A DNA stretch of 64,000 nt from Spirochaetaceae bacterium (GTDB lineage: Bacteria > Spirochaetota > Spirochaetia > DSM-27196 > PWMO01). This document shows, piece after piece, positions 55,756 to 64,000 of the stretch. How positions within the stretch are numbered: the stretch's first letter is position 1; the number at the start of each line of letters is the position of its first letter. Position numbers and translations under genes: made by a program. The DNA lies in assembly GCA_046541715.1 (NCBI GenBank), contig JBKHCS010000004.1, forward strand, positions 2,486-66,485, written 5' to 3'. A model generated the notes under the pieces. The model had not been told where the DNA came from. It did not search any database and worked only from the letters and a program-made list of their open reading frames with translations.

Positions 55756-57532
55756 TGCGGTCGAGCTTTATGGCGCAGAAGTAGGCCAGGAGTTGGAGTG
55801 GAACCACCATCAGAAAGGGGTAGAAGAGCTCGTTGGTGTGGGGAACATAAATGGTGTCGTCGGCGATCCGGGCCACCTCTTCGTCCCCGTCGACGGCCAG
55901 GGCGATAACCGGCCCTTTTCGCGCCTTTACCTCCTTGAGGTTGGATATGACCTTGTCCCGAAGCGAGTCGTCGGGGACGATAAAGAGGCTTGGAGTATCC
56001 TCGTTGATCAGCGCGATCGGTCCGTGCTTTATCTCCGCCGCACTGTAGCCCTCGGCATGGATGTAGGAAATCTCCTTGAGCTTCAAAGCGCCTTCGAGGG
56101 CGACGGGGTAGTTGATGCCCCGGCCTAAGAACAGAAAGTCCGGAGCGCCGGCGTAACGGTCGGCCACGGCCTTTATGGCGTCCCTCCGGGACAGGATCTC
56201 TTCGATCTGGTCCGGAAGCCGCTCAAGGGCCGTGATAAACGAGAGGCCCTGCTCCACCGAGAGGTGGCGCATGCGCCCGAGAATAAGGGTAACCAGATAG
56301 AGTGCGGTCGCCTGGCTCGTAAAAGCCTTGGTCGAGGCGACGGCAATCTCGGGCCCCGAATGGATGTAGACCCCGCCGTCGGACTCCCGGGGGATCGTCG
56401 AGCCGACGACGTTGCAAATGCCGAGAACCCGGGCACCTTTTCGCTGAAGCTCTCGCATCGCGTAGAGGGTGTCGGCTGTCTCCCCGGATTGGGAAATGGC
56501 GAAGTAGAGCGTGTTACGCTCGACGATCGGGTTCCGGTAGCGCAGCTCAGAGGCCAATTCGGTCGTGCAGGGAATCCGGGCCACCGATTCGAGAAGGTAG
56601 GATGCTACCAGCCCGGCGTGGAAGGAGGTTCCGGCAGCGATAATCTTGACCCGCTCGATGTCGAGGAGCTCCCGGCGGCTCATGTTGAGCCCCCCGAGCT
56701 TTCCGGTGGCGTACTCCCGGTCGAGGCGCCCCTGCATGGCCCGGCGTATCGACTCCGGCTGCTCGTAGATCTCCTTTTCCATGAAGGTCTCGTAGTCGCC
56801 CTTCTCCATCTCCTCGAGCTCCCAGCTGATATAGTCGATCTTCTTATCGACCGCCCGGTTCCGGAGATCCGTCGTCGTATAGCTCTCTGGGGTGATGGCG
56901 CAGACCTCGCCGTCCTCGAGGTAGATAACCTGTTTGGTATGGGCGAGAATCGCCGTTACGTCGGAGGCAAGGAACATCTCGCCCTCGCCGATACCGAGAA
57001 CCAAGGGAGAGCCGTTCCGGGCCCCGACGATCCGCTGCGGCTCGTCTGCGTGGACGACGAGAATTCCGTAGGTCCCCTTTAAGAGAGTGCACGCTTGCTT
57101 TACGGCCTGCTCCAGGTCTCCGTCGTAAAGGTCGGCGACCAAGAAGGCGATTACCTCGGTGTCGGTTTCCGACTGAAAAACGTACCCCTGCTCTTCGAGC
57201 TTCTCTTTGAGGGATTGATAGTTCTCGATGATGCCGTTGTGGACCAGCGCCACCTTCCCGGAATTATCGACATGTGGATGGGCGTTGATGTCGTTTACTT
57301 CGCCGTGGGTCGCCCACCGGGTGTGACCAATTCCGTAGTGCCCCGAGAGCTCGGCGGGGACCCGGACGTCGAGGTCGGCAATCTTGCCGCTGGACTTGAT
57401 AACCGTCAAAGCGCCTGTGTCCCCGACACAGATGCCGGCGGAGTCGTAACCACGGTACTCGAGGCGCTTGAGCCCTTCGATGAGAATCGGCGCCGCCGCC
57501 TTCGGGCCGCAGTACCCGATTACACCACACAT
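55709..57532 (-). CDS. glmS: glutamine--fructose-6-phosphate aminotransferase
   Basis: MCGVIGY N-terminal nucleophile, two SIS domains and a C-terminal ...KSVTVE. Confidence 0.96.
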   Translation of the reverse strand: MCGVIGYCGPKAAAPILIEGLKRLEYRGYDSAGICVGDTGALTVIKSSGKIADLDVRVPAELSGHYGIGHTRWATHGEVNDINAHPHVDNSGKVALVHNGIIENYQSLKEKLEEQGYVFQSETDTEVIAFLVADLYDGDLEQAVKQACTLLKGTYGILVVHADEPQRIVGARNGSPLVLGIGEGEMFLASDVTAILAHTKQVIYLEDGEVCAITPESYTTTDLRNRAVDKKIDYISWELEEMEKGDYETFMEKEIYEQPESIRRAMQGRLDREYATGKLGGLNMSRRELLDIERVKIIAAGTSFHAGLVASYLLESVARIPCTTELASELRYRNPIVERNTLYFAISQSGETADTLYAMRELQRKGARVLGICNVVGSTIPRESDGGVYIHSGPEIAVASTKAFTSQATALYLVTLILGRMRHLSVEQGLSFITALERLPDQIEEILSRRDAIKAVADRYAGAPDFLFLGRGINYPVALEGALKLKEISYIHAEGYSAAEIKHGPIALINEDTPSLFIVPDDSLRDKVISNLKEVKARKGPVIALAVDGDEEVARIADDTIYVPHTNELFYPFLMVVPLQLLAYFCAIKLDRNVDQPRNLAKSVTVE

Positions 57533-57547
57533 ACAAACACCTTCCTG

Positions 57548-58165
57548 TTACACGTCTTCGGCGATCGCGGAGAGTCTCTCCTTGCTGGTAAGCCGAAGAG
57601 CGTTTCCGGAGATCGACACTACTTTCTTCTCGGCAAGTCCCAAGACCTTTTCGCGCACCTTTTCCGCCGGCACCTCCAGCTCCATCCCGATCTCCTTACA
57701 GGCACGGTCGAGAGCCAGGGCTTGCTCTTCCGCCGGTTTCTCGAGAAATCGAAAGTAGAGGTTTGCAGCAATCATGCTTTCTTCGTTCTTCTGAAAGAGT
57801 CTCTGAATCTGGTTGTTGGCCTGCTCGACCCGGCGGCAGAGCTTGTCGATGACGTTCATCGCGATCTTCGAGTTCTTCTCGATCATGCTCTGGAAACCCT
57901 GGCGGTCGAAGGCCAGAAGCTGGACCGGCGTAACCGATGTCGCGCTCGCGGTCCGCTTGATCCGGGAGACGATCGCCATCTCGCCGAAGAAGTCGCCCTT
58001 CCCGAGGTCGGCGAGCACATGTTCCTTCCCATCGATGGAACGGGTAATCCGCACCGTCCCGTCCTGGATAATGTACATGTGCTTCCCTTCCTCACCTTCT
58101 CTAAATATCACGCGGCCGGCTCCGAGGCTTTGGCCGTACTTCTCGTAGAGTGGGTTTTCTGCCAT
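57548..58165 (-). CDS. cyclic-nucleotide-binding-domain protein (Crp/Fnr-like, atypical C-terminus)
   Basis: 205 aa from ATG 58165. The cNMP-binding motif is GDFFGEMAI...RTASATSV. The 60 upstream ORF-track codons are rejected because of the promoter position. Confidence 0.8.
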   Translation of the reverse strand: MAENPLYEKYGQSLGAGRVIFREGEEGKHMYIIQDGTVRITRSIDGKEHVLADLGKGDFFGEMAIVSRIKRTASATSVTPVQLLAFDRQGFQSMIEKNSKIAMNVIDKLCRRVEQANNQIQRLFQKNEESMIAANLYFRFLEKPAEEQALALDRACKEIGMELEVPAEKVREKVLGLAEKKVVSISGNALRLTSKERLSAIAEDV

Positions 58166-58171
58166 GCGGTG

Positions 58172-58200
58172 AGTATATCCTCCGGGGAGTTCGCTGTCCA
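58172..58200 (-). promoter_or_regulatory. near-consensus sigma70 promoter, leaderless geometry, for the cNMP-binding/glmS operon
   Basis: TGGACA-17-TATACT on the minus strand, then 6 nt to ATG 58165. Confidence 0.45.
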
Positions 58201-58329
58201 GGTTTTGGACTTTTTTGCCACTGGGCGCCGGTCGCCGGCGCCTGAGCGGGACTTCGCCCGACGCATCCGGCGCCAAGATTTGAATCGCCGGGCGTCCCGG
58301 CCCCGTTGTAGGGGGTGAGGAGGACAAAA

Positions 58330-59370
58330 ATGATACGGAAAACAACCACCCTGGGCCGTAGAGGAGCGGGACTGCTCCTTGCCGCCATGGTGCTCGCGTC
58401 CTGTGCTCCCCTGCAGGAGGCGAAGGACGAGAACTGGGGGGATCTCCTACCCCCCGTCTACCTGGGAATCCGGGCCGTCGGTCCCAATCAGGTTGCCGTC
58501 GACTTCGACGAGGCGGTCACCATTACCCCGGAAACCGTCGCCGTAAGCGACGCCCTCGGGGCTGCTTCGGCCCGGGTCCAAGAGAGGTCGGTGATCGTCG
58601 AGACGGAGCACCGGAGCGTCCCCGGAGCCGAATACACCCTCGAAGGGCGGGTGGAAGACGGCGCGGGAAACAGCACCACCTTTATCGCGTCGTTCTACGG
58701 CTTTAACGACGAAGTGCCGGAAATCCTCATCAACGAGCTGACCCCCCAGGGGTCCACGGGGAGACCGGACGTGGTCGAGCTTTACGTGAAGAGCGCCGGA
58801 AATCTCGGGGGCCTCACCCTCTACGAAGGGTCCCCCGGAGAGTGGGAAACCCGGTACGTCTTCCCGGCAATGGAGCTTCCGGCGGGGGCCTATGTCGTGG
58901 TCCACTACCGGCCGGAAGGGATTCCCGAAGAGGTAACCGAAATCGACGACCCGGCGGAGTCCGGCGGCATCGACGCCACCGATTCGGCCTGGGACGTCTG
59001 GATACCCGGGGGCGATGGGCTTACCGGAAACAACGGGGCCGTGACCTTGGCCGAGCAACCCTTCGGCCGCATCATCGATGCGGTTCTCTACAGCAACCGG
59101 ACAAGCGCATCGGACACCAACTACCGCGGCTTCGGGAGCAGCCGAATGCTCACCCAGGCCGAGGAGCTCTTTGCCGCCGGCGCCTGGGAAGCCGCCGGTG
59201 ACGCGATTGCCCCGGAGGACTGCATCGACCCGGAGGACTCGACCGCGACGCGTTCTATTTCGAGAAGCTCCGAAGCGGGCGACACGAACAGTTCGGCCGA
59301 CTGGCACATCACCCCGACCCGAGGGGCAACCTTCGGGGCGGTCAACACCGACGAGGTCTACGTGCCATAA
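58330..59370 (+). CDS. lipoprotein with a lamin-tail (LTD) domain
   Basis: ATG 58330 has GAGGAGG 6 nt upstream. The lipobox is LASC. LTD signature: ILINELTPQGSTGRPDVVELYVKSAGNLGGLTL. Confidence 0.7.
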   Translation: MIRKTTTLGRRGAGLLLAAMVLASCAPLQEAKDENWGDLLPPVYLGIRAVGPNQVAVDFDEAVTITPETVAVSDALGAASARVQERSVIVETEHRSVPGAEYTLEGRVEDGAGNSTTFIASFYGFNDEVPEILINELTPQGSTGRPDVVELYVKSAGNLGGLTLYEGSPGEWETRYVFPAMELPAGAYVVVHYRPEGIPEEVTEIDDPAESGGIDATDSAWDVWIPGGDGLTGNNGAVTLAEQPFGRIIDAVLYSNRTSASDTNYRGFGSSRMLTQAEELFAAGAWEAAGDAIAPEDCIDPEDSTATRSISRSSEAGDTNSSADWHITPTRGATFGAVNTDEVYVP

Positions 59371-59380
59371 AGCAGATGGC

Positions 59381-59698
59381 TTAAGCGTGGTCCTTGAAGA
59401 GCGCCTCGAGCCTCGGCTTCGGGGCGGCTCCGACGTGCTGGTCCGCTACCTCGCCGTCTTTGAAGAGGAGCAGCGTCGGAATGCTGATAATATCGTACTG
59501 CGCCGCCAGGTCGGCTTGCTCGTCGACGTTGAGCTTGCCGACCTTGACCTTACCGTCGTACTGATCCGCAAGCTCCTCCAGTGCGGGAGCGATCATCTTA
59601 CAGGGCATGCACCACTCGGCCCAGAAATCGACAATAACGGGAACATCGGACTTAAGAACCTCGGATTCGAAGTTCTCCGTCGTAATCTCTACCTGCAT
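59381..59698 (-). CDS. trxA: thioredoxin
   Basis: 105 aa with the FWAEWCMPCK active site (WCxPC). The ATG shares one base with the trpA TGA. Confidence 0.92.
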   Translation of the reverse strand: MQVEITTENFESEVLKSDVPVIVDFWAEWCMPCKMIAPALEELADQYDGKVKVGKLNVDEQADLAAQYDIISIPTLLLFKDGEVADQHVGAAPKPRLEALFKDHA

Positions 59699-60474
59699 CA
59701 GCCGGACCTCCGGGGAAGAGTATCGGTGGAATGGGGCTCTTCCGTCAAACCCCTGACGAAGGTTGTTACCCTTTCGCGGATACCCTCCCGAGTGCCATCG
59801 ATGACATTCACGATGGCCGACCCCACCACCGCAAGGTCGAGGTGGGTCTTAAGTACGTCGATCTGCTCCCTGCGCCGGATGCCGAACCCGCCCATCAGCT
59901 TTCCCGCCTTCTCCCGGGCCCAGTCGAGAAACTCGATCTGATCCGGCCCGATCTCGGTCTCTCTGCCGGTGGTCCCCCGGCGGAGGGCCACGTAGAGATA
60001 TTCCGGCTTCACCTCTTCTATCAGACGGCGGCGGGCATCCGAGAGGCTCGGAACCACGACGGGAACCACGGCGACGCCGCTAGTGGCCCCGGCAGCATAG
60101 AGTCCTTCGTCGTCCCCCGGGGGAAGGTCGGGAACGATAAGCCCCCGGGCGCCGGCCTCCGCCGCCTCTCCGACAAACCGGTCGACCCCCCTGATCATCG
60201 GAACGTTGGCGTAGGTCATCAGGAAGATCGGCCGGTCGGTCATGCTTCGGAGGCGCCGCAGAAAGTCGAACCCCGCGGCGAGGGTAAAGCCGGCCTTCAA
60301 GGCCACCGACGAGGCATTCTGGATGGCCGGGCCGTCGGCGGTGGGATCGCTAAAGGGAAACTGTAACTCCACTGCGGCGGCTCCCCCGTCGACAATCCCC
60401 GAAGCGACCTCCCAGAATGCCTCTGCGTCGGGGTAGTGAGAGATTAGATGGGCCATTACTCCCTGGTAGCTCAT
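59698..60474 (-). CDS. trpA: tryptophan synthase alpha chain
   Basis: ELQFPFSDPTADGPAIQ motif. ATG 60474 overlaps the trpB stop as ATGA. Confidence 0.9.
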   Translation of the reverse strand: MSYQGVMAHLISHYPDAEAFWEVASGIVDGGAAAVELQFPFSDPTADGPAIQNASSVALKAGFTLAAGFDFLRRLRSMTDRPIFLMTYANVPMIRGVDRFVGEAAEAGARGLIVPDLPPGDDEGLYAAGATSGVAVVPVVVPSLSDARRRLIEEVKPEYLYVALRRGTTGRETEIGPDQIEFLDWAREKAGKLMGGFGIRRREQIDVLKTHLDLAVVGSAIVNVIDGTREGIRERVTTFVRGLTEEPHSTDTLPRRSG

Positions 60475-61691
60475 AGTGTGGCTGCCTCGCTTTCGAGAAA
60501 ACGCTTCCACGCCTCGGGCTTCAAAGCCCGGGCGGCGATAAAGAGGTCCTTGTCGCCTCTTCCCGACATGTTGACGACGATCACCTCGTCCCGGCTCATC
60601 TTCGGGGCCATCTCCACCACTTGGGCCGCCGCGTGGGCGCTCTCGAGGGCGAATACCAGACCCTCCTTCCGGGCGAAGAGCCCCATCGCCTCGAGGGCCG
60701 CGTCGTCGGAGCTGGTGCGAAACTCCACCCGGCCGGAGAGCCCTAAGGCGGCCAGTTGGGGTCCGATGCCGGGGTAGTCCAACCCGGCTGATATCGAGTG
60801 GGTCTCTCCGACCTGTCCGTCGTCGTCGACGAGAAAGAGGCTCTTGTACCCCTGGACGACCCCGACCCGGCCGGTGCCCTGCATCCGGCTCGCATGGTCA
60901 CCGAAGCTCAGGCTACGGCCCCCGGCCTCGACGCCGACAAGCCGAGGTGCCTTCTCGGTAAGGTAGGGCTCGAAGAACCCGATGGCGTTACTTCCCCCGC
61001 CGACGCAGGCGACCAGTGCGGTCGGATCGACTCCCCTCCTCTCGAGCTCGCTCTTGACCTCCCGGCCGACAACCGCCTGAAACTCCCGGACCATCGCCGG
61101 ATACGGGGCCGGCCCGAGGGCCGACCCGATCAGGTAATGGGTATCCGGAAAGCTCTCGGCCCAGTCCCGGAGCGCCTCGTTGACCGCGTCCTTTAGGGTC
61201 TTGCTTCCTGAGGTAACCGGAACCACCTCGGCGCCGAAGAGCTCCATCCAGAAGACGTTCGGCTGCTGCCGCCGAACGTCGACCTCCCCCATGTAGACCC
61301 GGCACTCGAGCCCCAACTTGGCGCAGACCGCCGCCGTTGCGAAGCCGTGCTGCCCCGCCCCGGTCTCGGCGATAATCCGGTGCTTGCCGAGGCGCCGGGC
61401 CAAGAGGGCCTGGCCGATCGCGTTGTTTATCTTGTGGGCTCCGGTATTGGCGAGGCCCTCGAGCTTGATGTAGATCTGCGCCCCGCCGAGGTGACGGGTT
61501 AGGTTATCCGCATAGAGGAGGGGCGTCGGCCGGCCGACGTAGTCCCGGCCGATCGAGTCGAACTCCGCCCAGAATGCGTCGTCCCCCGCCGCCGCCTCGA
61601 AGGCTTGCTGAAGCTGCTCTATAGCCGGCCGGAGAACCTCCGGCACGTAGGCGCCGCCGAACTCTCCGTAGTAGCTATCGTAGTGTGGCAT
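60471..61691 (-). CDS. trpB: tryptophan synthase beta chain
   Basis: GGAYVPE and the LANTGAHKINNAIGQ PLP-lysine motif. Confidence 0.95.
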   Translation of the reverse strand: MPHYDSYYGEFGGAYVPEVLRPAIEQLQQAFEAAAGDDAFWAEFDSIGRDYVGRPTPLLYADNLTRHLGGAQIYIKLEGLANTGAHKINNAIGQALLARRLGKHRIIAETGAGQHGFATAAVCAKLGLECRVYMGEVDVRRQQPNVFWMELFGAEVVPVTSGSKTLKDAVNEALRDWAESFPDTHYLIGSALGPAPYPAMVREFQAVVGREVKSELERRGVDPTALVACVGGGSNAIGFFEPYLTEKAPRLVGVEAGGRSLSFGDHASRMQGTGRVGVVQGYKSLFLVDDDGQVGETHSISAGLDYPGIGPQLAALGLSGRVEFRTSSDDAALEAMGLFARKEGLVFALESAHAAAQVVEMAPKMSRDEVIVVNMSGRGDKDLFIAARALKPEAWKRFLESEAATL

Positions 61692-63285
61692 GGTCTACCT
61701 CTTTGAAGAAATCTTTGAGCTTCCCCGGGTCCTTCCGTCCCGGGGTCGACTCCAGGCGGCTCGACGCGTCGATAAGCTCCGGACGGTAGTGGAAGACCGC
61801 CTCGGCCACGTTTTCCGGGGCGAGCCCCCCGGCAAGCCAGAGGGGCCGCGGCAGGGCGTCGGAGGAAAGGATTTCGGCGTCGATACGCCGGCCGGTCCCT
61901 CCGGCGAGCTTCGGGTCGTAATGGTCCAAGAGCACCCGGGGACAGGCGTAGCGCTGCGCCTCCGCAAGGTCCTCGGGGCTCCGGACCCGGAGGGCCCGGT
62001 AGTAGGGAAAGGCTACCCCGCCGCATTCCTCGGGTGCCTCCTCGCCGTGAAACTGCACCGCGTCGAGGAGACCTCGGCGGAGTAGCTCTCCGACTCCCGG
62101 CGGCAGCGCTCTCTCCCCCGGCCCGCCGGAGGTCACCACGACCCCGACTTTTAGCGCATCGAGATCCGATAGGGCCTCGAGGAGCTCCGGTTCGGCCCTC
62201 CGGGGAGACTCGGCGAATACGAAGCCGAGCAGGTCGGCCCCGAGCCCTGCGGCACGGTGCGCATCCTCCCGGTTGGTAATCCCACATATTTTGACCAGGG
62301 GCCGAAGAGGGCCGCCGGCCGTCGCCGCCTCCCTGCGAGCTGCGAGGCGCCGCCAGAAGAAACGCTCCGGCGGCCGGGCCGGGACGGGGGCTGGGCTGTC
62401 CAACGGGGCCGGGTTTGCAGGCGGAGCTTGGCTCGCGGCCGAAGCCGGATTCCCGGCCGGGGCCGAGTTCGCGGCCGAAGCCGGATTCCCGGCCGGGGCG
62501 GCCTCGACGAGCCGCGGCAGGAGCGCCGGGCGGCGGACCACCGCCTCGCCGACGAGGACCCCGGAGAACCCCGCGTCTCGGGCAACCCGGATGTGCTCCG
62601 GGTGGGAGATGCCCGACTCGAAGACGACCTGGGAGGGCCAGTCGATGCCGGGAATCAGGGCCAGGGGCCCGAAGGGGTCCACGGCGAAGGTCTTGAGGTT
62701 TCGGCTGTTGATTCCCACAAAAGGAGGCGCAAGCGTGCGGACCTTCGCCACATCGTCTTGGTCGTGGACCTCCACCAAGGCCGTAAGCCCCAACCGGCCG
62801 GCGTGGCGGTAGAGGCGACCGAGGGCCTCGGCAGTCAGGAGGGCGGCGATAAGCAAGACCGCGTCGGCGCCGGCCCGGAAGGAGACATCGAGGTCCTCCT
62901 CGGTCAGGAGAAAGTCCTTTCGCAGAAGGGCCAGGTCCGGCCGGGCGGCCTTTACCCGAATCAGGTCTTCCAGGCTCCCGGAGAAGCGCCCCTCTTCGGT
63001 CAGCACCGAGACTGAGGGAACCCCGGCGGCGGCGTACCGGAGCGCCTGGGCAACCGGGTCCAGGCCCCGGGCGATCTCCCCCGCCGAGGGAGAGGAGCGT
63101 TTTACCTCGCAGATAATCCTCGGCTCCCGGAGAAAGGGTGCCACCGGGGCTTCCCGACGCGCAGGGAGGGAGCAACCCTGGGCCGCCCCACGGCGCTCGA
63201 TCCGCCGGATACGCTCTTCGGCGATCTCGAGGAGAATCCCCAGGGCCCCGGGATCGAGGGCGTCTCGGGCGGCGGATACGCTCAT
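61675..63285 (-). CDS. trpC: bifunctional indole-3-glycerol-phosphate synthase / phosphoribosylanthranilate isomerase
   Basis: 536 aa from ATG 63285, which overlaps the trpD stop as ATGA. The IGPS half has IICEVKRSSPS and RKDF. A Pro/Ala-rich repeat linker follows, then the PRAI half with VKICGIT...GADLLGFVF. Confidence 0.9.
   Translation of the reverse strand: MSVSAARDALDPGALGILLEIAEERIRRIERRGAAQGCSLPARREAPVAPFLREPRIICEVKRSSPSAGEIARGLDPVAQALRYAAAGVPSVSVLTEEGRFSGSLEDLIRVKAARPDLALLRKDFLLTEEDLDVSFRAGADAVLLIAALLTAEALGRLYRHAGRLGLTALVEVHDQDDVAKVRTLAPPFVGINSRNLKTFAVDPFGPLALIPGIDWPSQVVFESGISHPEHIRVARDAGFSGVLVGEAVVRRPALLPRLVEAAPAGNPASAANSAPAGNPASAASQAPPANPAPLDSPAPVPARPPERFFWRRLAARREAATAGGPLRPLVKICGITNREDAHRAAGLGADLLGFVFAESPRRAEPELLEALSDLDALKVGVVVTSGGPGERALPPGVGELLRRGLLDAVQFHGEEAPEECGGVAFPYYRALRVRSPEDLAEAQRYACPRVLLDHYDPKLAGGTGRRIDAEILSSDALPRPLWLAGGLAPENVAEAVFHYRPELIDASSRLESTPGRKDPGKLKDFFKEVDHATLR
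62434..62499. repeat. 36-bp-period tandem duplication inside the TrpC-TrpF linker
   Basis: Positions 62434-62463 are identical to 62470-62499 (30/30). They encode PAGNPASAA(N/S) twice. Confidence 0.85.
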
Positions 63286-64000
63286 CCGGCTATCCTCGCC
63301 CGCTTCCCCGTAGTTACCGCGACGATGCGCTTGAGCTTTTCGTCGACGGCGCCGCTCTCGAGGAGCTCCCGGGCGCGCCGGTAGCCGCCGCGGATGGCCT
63401 CGACCACCGCCCCCCGGGTTCCCGGTGCGCCGGTTCCGTGGTTGTAGATCGCAAGCCCGGCCCCGGCGTTCAGGCAGACCGCGTCCCGGAGGGCGGCGGG
63501 GCCGCCACCGGCAAGAAGCCGGCGGCCGATTTCGGCGTTCTCCTTCGCCTCCCCGCCGGCAAGCCCACCCTCGGGGTATCGCTCGATCCCCAACTCCTCG
63601 GGTGTTACGACGAAGCTCTCGAACGCCCCGGAGTCGTCGAAGTAGACGATACGGGTGTCCGAAGAGACCGAGATCTCGTCCAGGCCGTCGAGACCGTGGA
63701 CAACCAACCCCCGCTTGAGCCCGAGCATCTGCGCCGCCCGGGCGACCGGCTCGCACATCGCTTCCGAGTAGACGCCGATTAACTGATACGCCGCGCCGGC
63801 AGGGTTCGCCAGGGGGCCGAGGAGGTTCATGATGGTCTTGATACCCAGCTGTCGCCGGGGTACGGCGGCGTGTTTCATCGCCTGGTGGTAGAGGGGGGCG
63901 AAGAGGAAGGCAAACCCCTCGTCGGCGAGAAGCTCTTCGCTTTCGGCCGGAGTCAGGTTGATGCGCATCCCGAGGGCTTCGTAGAAGTCCGCGCTTCCGC
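63282..64000 (-). CDS. trpD: anthranilate phosphoribosyltransferase (3' part; gene continues beyond the window)
   Basis: KHAAVPRRQLGIKTIMNLLGPLANPAGA motif. The frame is open to position 64000. Confidence 0.9.
   Translation of the reverse strand, partial: GSADFYEALGMRINLTPAESEELLADEGFAFLFAPLYHQAMKHAAVPRRQLGIKTIMNLLGPLANPAGAAYQLIGVYSEAMCEPVARAAQMLGLKRGLVVHGLDGLDEISVSSDTRIVYFDDSGAFESFVVTPEELGIERYPEGGLAGGEAKENAEIGRRLLAGGGPAALRDAVCLNAGAGLAIYNHGTGAPGTRGAVVEAIRGGYRRARELLESGAVDEKLKRIVAVTTGKRARIAG

Noticed and set aside
61619-63175. 518-aa Arg/Pro/Gly-rich ORF on the same strand as trpCF but in another frame; also 47799-48770 and 39958-40551
   Set aside because: These are out-of-frame readings of GC-rich coding sequence, with extreme Arg/Pro/Gly content. 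The in-frame genes carry the conserved motifs.

Overview
GC-rich, very compact bacterial chromosomal segment with about 59 protein-coding genes. I found no rRNA, tRNA, CRISPR array, integrase, transposase or phage gene. The content is mainly housekeeping and central metabolism. On the minus strand (1-15.6 kb): M32 carboxypeptidase, an ATP-cone/uridine-kinase-like fusion, thrS, glgX, two hydrolases, secF, secD, yajC, a solitary groEL and birA. On the plus strand (15.6-27.9 kb): zwf-opcA, argR-argC-argB-argD-argG, a 7TMR-DISM diguanylate cyclase, pgi and serC. The rest is a mixed-strand mosaic: pfk, galE, a broken EamA transporter, hflX, a GNAT-like protein, ogt, an aminotransferase, two radical-SAM genes, an MsiK-type ABC ATPase, a soluble MCP-like protein with cheD, a FecR-domain protein, hom, glgP, glmS, a cNMP-binding protein, five lipoproteins, a secreted vWA protein, trxA and trpD(partial)-trpCF-trpB-trpA. 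The gene content looks spirochaete-like (groEL without groES, cheD, many lipoproteins, GGDG/PKTIDND-type PFK), but that is inference only. I do not see a clear new defence or mobile system. The leads I consider most worth follow-up are listed here. (1) The only large non-coding gap (27868-28163) has its own promoter-like site and a strong terminator, so it is a candidate ncRNA or small-protein locus. (2) A leaderless bicistron encodes a soluble, degenerate MCP-like protein with a CheZ-like DxxxQ motif, followed by cheD. (3) Convergent to it, an operon encodes an unknown 314-aa protein, an SplB-like radical SAM enzyme and a secreted FecR-domain protein. (4) A consistent promoter architecture places a -10 hexamer 5-8 nt upstream of the start codon at a dozen or more genes, which would give leaderless mRNAs, and several divergent pairs share or abut their -35 boxes. 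(5) Several genes have start-codon or frame anomalies: hflX, the diguanylate cyclase and the EamA gene. All promoter, terminator and ncRNA calls were made by eye from sequence and need experimental or computational confirmation.
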